From contig NC_068984.1 of the NCBI RefSeq assembly GCF_001194135.2, forward strand, positions 135,290,679 through 135,332,265: DNA of 41,587 nt, in the 5' to 3' direction. Below the pieces are notes generated by a model that saw only the letters and a program-made list of their open reading frames with translations, made no database searches and was not told the origin of the DNA. Shown here piece after piece: positions 36,903 through 41,587 of this stretch (its first letter is position 1; every line of letters starts with the position of its first letter). The position numbers and the translations under genes are program-made. Source of the DNA: Octopus bimaculoides (Eukaryota).

Positions 36903-38892
36903 TTACACTTCTTAAATAGCAACATGTGCTACTGCGAGCTTTCTACAAAAGATGCCCTAATAATATAGAATTTTGTTTCAAAATTCAGAGAATATTTCAG
37001 ATATAAATATGTTTTTTACCAAATTGGTAACTCAAATTTATTGTTTTCTACATTACAGAAATACGTAATAATCATAATAATTTACAGTTACTTTTATACG
37101 AATGATACTGGTTTTTCTCTCTATTTCTGCTTGTTCTAATAAAATGCATTTCATTCCATTTAAAATCTAGCCCAGTGCTACATTTATATAATGGTAATAT
37201 GCAAAGTTTTATTACCCCTGTGATAGATAAATTCATACTTTCTGAGCTAACAGTTTCTTAAAGTTCTTTCCTGCATGATCTACAACACTCTACACAAATC
37301 TCCTCAGTCGTCTGATCTCAACAGCGGACTTGTAACGGTTCAACATATATCGCGGTGGAATTAATCTGGCATTTCCTCCTTGATGCGTTAGGAGAGCTTG
37401 GAAATTCTGTGGACAGTGTACGTCCATATCTAATGAAATGCAAATTAACTCTGCCACGAATTGCTTCCCTGATGAAGATGTACATCTATCATACAACCTG
37501 GAAGGAAAATGAACATTCCACAATACTCTCGGAGTATCTACATTGTGTAAAAATCAATACCTATTATTCCCGGACTGAAGAAAGGTTCTAAAATCCGAGA
37601 ACAGAGGTAAAACAAAAGAAAATGGAACTGGAGGCTCATTTAGAATATTTATCGATACTTGCATCGTAAAATCGATTGGAAAGGACATCAATCCATCGAT
37701 CCATATATACATGTAATGATGTTTATATTATAATGAGATAAGCTTAATAATTTCTCAGCAATAATATAAAATGAAGTATTAATTTTCATTATCAACTCCA
37801 TCACCGTTGTAAAGTTTTATGGTGTATGTAATCAATAATGCCTCAGATATCGATCGCAATGCAATAATTACGAGTTGTTTCAATTTTGAAATGTAATAAT
37901 TGGTACAAACTATTCATTAATAAATATTAGACATAGTCACGTGAGATTATAGTTGGGAATAATCATTTCCCTATTTAAAATATCACTATAAATCTTTGTT
38001 GTTTTTAATTGAAATATTATTCATCTGAAGTGAATTTGAATTATCAAATAATTATTTCCACATCATTATATGTTTTGTAATTAACATATATTAGTAATTA
38101 GCATATATTCAATTGTATCAAAAACGGTTGATACTGTTCAGGTTTGCAATATCATTGAAACATAAATTAACTCGTAAAAGTAGTATGTGATTCCCGCATG
38201 TATTCTTAAACAACGTGCCGGTATATAATTCACCGGACTAAGCGAGTTAAATCACCCATAAATTGTAATAAATCAGAGAAAGCATTTAGCCCTTTAAAAT
38301 GTTTCCTATCGCGCAATATCGTTCATGTTCCTGATCATGTATCCATGTATCAATCTGCATATGTATATTTTGTGAAAGTATCCTAACGACTCCCACGGTA
38401 CTAACAGTGGACTGACCTGTTTCAATACAATAAGAAACTGTCGGGGTTCAGCGCATGTCACAGCGTTGATCGTTCGTGGATCACTGTGTTCGTTCAATAA
38501 CATACCTACGTTTGGTGTAGTAAGGAGCACGTTATGTGAGATTATCTTGATTCCGCGAAAGGACATATATAGAAAATGTTATTCTGTATATATATATATA
38601 TATATATACATAGAGAGAGAGAGAGAGAGGGAGAGAGGTTATGATAGGTAATGGTTTCAATAAGACCCAAAGGTGGCAGGTAATGCTGAGCAAGTGCTTT
38701 GGACAGACTATAGTTAAGCTCCACGTTCGCTGATTATGCGAATGAGGAGTCCAACGTAGGTCATATATCAGCATGTGTATATATAAAAAAAAAATCAGAA
38801 TGAGATAAAAATTCAAGGCTGTGAAAGATTTTAGAGTTCAAAAATCTTTCACAGCCTTGGATTTTTATCTCATTCTGAAAATCTATATAAGT

Positions 38893-38919
38893 ATGTGTGT
38901 GTGTGTGTGTATGTGTGTT

Positions 38920-39012
<93 letters not shown>

Positions 39013-39048
39013 GAGAGAGAGAGAGAGAAGACAGAGTGAGAGACAGAG
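38893..39048. repeat. Compound (GT)n(GA)n microsatellite
   Basis: Direct inspection. Confidence 0.95.
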
Positions 39049-39995
39049 AGTATGTGTGGTGTTGTAATTGTTAAAGTAATAGTCTGATGAATTAAAGCTT
39101 TGTATGAGAGCACAAACCTCTTTGTAAACATTCTAGGAAGTGCTTCTAGTTTTCGATTGCTTGGTAACGACGATATAGAATACATTACAGTGTGATGGAA
39201 ATAATAAATTCGAAGAATCTAATGTAGCTGCTAATCACATAATCTTTTGTAGATATTATGCTTACAAAATTCGATTATATATTCTGAAGACGTATATATG
39301 CTGGATTATTGATGAAATAATTGCAAACGCAAGTTGTAGATCATCATTTGAAATATATATCACTCTAAAGGTGTGTATGTGTGTGTGTTTATGTAATTTT
39401 GCATCTATATATGTGTATGTGTGCGCGTGTGTGTGACAGAGAAATTATAAAGAATAGAAGTTGTAGACTGTTAATATATAATTTATTCGAGTGATGTCAT
39501 TGTGTATATTTGTATAGGTGAACAATTCAAAGAATGACAAAATTTGCTGAAATTTTATGACAACTTATGGATCGTTCTAAACACCATGTAAAACATCTTT
39601 ATCGAATATTCTGTAGACTTTGTGTAATATACACATCTGAAAGTCTTCTGTTACTAGTATGTAGGTGACTTAAGTTGTCTCCTTTGGAGTTAAACGAAAC
39701 AGCAGCAGTTGCACTTAGGTTATCGAGCTTGGGTGCTTTTGCCATTTTGCGTGTCATGATCAAAGACAGTTGAAATAATGCATATGACTGGGAAAAGTCG
39801 TTAAATTGGTTGCTTCTCCGCTACAATACTTCAACGGAGATTCTAAAGAAATATGCTCAAAAGTGTTGATTCACGATATTAATCGTTCCATTGTATACGT
39901 TGAATATCAACATCGTTTAGAAATACTTCATTTATATACATTTTCCTTGAGCACATTAGTTATCATACTTGATAAGTATTATTATGGTGTATAAA

Positions 39996-40002
39996 AATAA
40001 TG

Positions 40003-40066
<64 letters not shown>

Positions 40067-40228
40067 CAACATCGAGAAATACCTTAGGAATTAGAATCCA
40101 GGTTCGAAATTTCCTCAAGACACCTGATGAAGGCTCGAGGATATATCAGCCGAAAAGTTGTGTTAACAACAAACCAGAGGAGGACAAATATGCGTCAAAT
40201 GTAAATAATGTAAGTAATAATAATAATT
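39996..40228 (+). mobile_element. Family C SINE lacking the tRNA head: (AAT)n + complete Penelope-like 3' body + (TAA)n tail
   Basis: (AAT)n at 39996-40063, then ATACCTTAGGAATTAGAA..GACACCTGATGAAGGCT..CAGCCGAAAAGTTGTGTTAACAAC..GAGGACAAATA..TAAATAATGTA, homologous to 20102-20197. Confidence 0.8.
40119..40164 (+). ncRNA. Minimal type-I hammerhead ribozyme-like motif (Penelope-type), probably degenerate in this copy
   Basis: Helix I GACAC (40119-23)/GTGTT (40160-64); core CTGATGA (40124-30) plus an extra A; helix II GGCT (40132-35)/AGCC (40148-51); GAAA (40152-55); A40156 where C is canonical; putative cleavage triplet GTT (40157-59). Activity untested. Confidence 0.55.
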
Positions 40229-40244
40229 ATTATTGTTGAAACAT

Positions 40245-40662
40245 ACGAGGAAGGCTGGCGTCATCAAAACTGAAAATTGTGTAATGAAAAAAGATTTGAA
40301 CAAGAAAAAAAAGTGGAAAAATCGCGGAAGATAAAATGTGCGATCAGTTTGGAATAGGTGTGAACGCCAAGACGGATGCAGAAGACCGGTGACTATGGAC
40401 GGGGAGGAGTGACCTGAAGATAGAACCAAAAGCCCTCATATAAACAGGTCAATGACAAGCGTTAAGGACCAACTATATGAAGTGCATATAGCGGACACTA
40501 CCGACAGCGAAAAATGCAGAATGTGTGGTGAGAGGAGTGAAATGGTACGACACATCGTTAGCGAATGCTTGAAGCTGGCACAACGCGAATACAAAAGTTG
40601 ACATGACAATGTGGCAAGAATGACTCGTTGGGAGCTCTGTGGAAATCACGGCCTACAAAGTG
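40245..40662 (+). mobile_element. R4/Dong-clade (R2 superfamily, restriction-like endonuclease) non-LTR retrotransposon fragment
   Basis: Across stops and frameshifts: KM.DQF..LW..RSDLKIEPKALI..Q.QALRTNYMK..DTTDSEKCRMCGERSEMVRHIVSECLKLAQREYKS*HDNVARM..WELCGNHGL. The CxxC-x8-H-x4-C zinc knuckle followed by Y..RHD.V is the pre-endonuclease signature of R2/R4 elements. Confidence 0.92.
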
Positions 40663-40696
40663 TGATGTCGTAGTATTAGCAAACCCTAGGAGTCAA

Positions 40697-40753
40697 CTGT
40701 CTGTCTGTCTGTCTGTCTGCCTGTCTATCTATCAATCTATCTCTCTTTCTCCC

Positions 40754-40823
<70 letters not shown>
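40697..40823. repeat. (TCTG)n/(TCTA)n tetranucleotide array
   Basis: Direct inspection. Confidence 0.95.
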
Positions 40824-40826
<3 letters not shown>

Positions 40827-40999
40827 TTTTTCTTCCCGCGATCCCTTTTGATCGAAATCCCCCCACCTTTTTTTTTCCGCGATCCCTTTTGATCGAAATT
40901 ATCCCCCCCCCCAAAGAAAAGCTCTACTTTGTAATTTGTCCATTTTCTGTATTTAGCCCTGTGTGGCTATAATAAAAAAGATATCGACCTATTTCTCCC

Positions 41000-41044
41000 T
41001 CTATCTATCTATCTATCTATCGATCTATCTATCTAACTATCTGC

Positions 41045-41094
<50 letters not shown>

Positions 41095-41160
41095 GTCTAT
41101 CTATCTATCTATTATCTATCTATCTATTTATCTATCTACCTAGCTAGCTAGCTAGCTAGA
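41000..41160. repeat. (TCTA)n array ending in (AGCT)n
   Basis: Direct inspection. Confidence 0.95.
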
Positions 41161-41555
41161 GCGAGATTGATGTGAATGTATACATATGTGAGAATATATG
41201 TGAAAATATATATGAATACATGTATATAGTTACACATATAAATGTAGATGCACTCAAATGTATATACACATACACAGCAGCCTTCCTTTAAAGGATTATA
41301 ACAAAAGGCAACTGTTTTAAAGAAGCAGCTTTTCTATAGAACAAAAAATTAAGAATGCCTAGAGATAATAAGTTGTATGGCGCATTGAATACGTAGAAAT
41401 CCGGAAATTCAAAACTAAACTGTGATTCTCCATGAACATTGTCTCTCGTAGAAAACCTTACAATGTCAAACCAGCTGAATAAGTTTTTCAAGAACATATG
41501 TGCATGTACGTACGCATATCCGTGTACACTTTTAAACCTATAACTAAATATTCAA

Positions 41556-41560
<5 letters not shown>

Positions 41561-41587
<27 letters not shown>
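41561..41587. repeat. (AT)n microsatellite at window end
   Basis: Direct inspection. Confidence 0.95.

Noticed and set aside
37468-37490. CTGATGA followed by an AGATG/CATCT hairpin as a hammerhead
   Set aside because: The hairpin is not followed by GAAA and there is no NUH or helix I.

Overview
AT-rich, microsatellite-dense eukaryotic genomic DNA, apparently a draft scaffold: both ends are (AT)n and there are 8 N-gaps totalling about 3.1 kb. I recognise the SINE families, (AT)n/(ATAC)n/(TATC)n/(AAT)n arrays and TE remnants as coleoid cephalopod (Octopus-like). That assignment is from recalled repeat sequences, not a database search. No intact protein-coding gene, rRNA, CRISPR array or prokaryotic feature can be supported, and almost every ORF in the supplied track is a microsatellite or N-gap artefact. 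Supported content: about 12 tRNA-derived SINE copies or fragments of three families, two Tc1/mariner transposase relics, an RTE-clade LINE 3' fragment, an R4/Dong-clade LINE fragment, one perfect 61-bp inverted repeat and one degenerate long inverted repeat. A few splice-flanked exon candidates of an unidentified gene are listed at low confidence. The most interesting signal is a tRNA-headed, (AAT)n-containing SINE whose 3' body carries a Penelope-type minimal hammerhead ribozyme fold: near-complete at 40119-40164, with the complementary GAAAC-GUC half in a second copy at 20143-20157.
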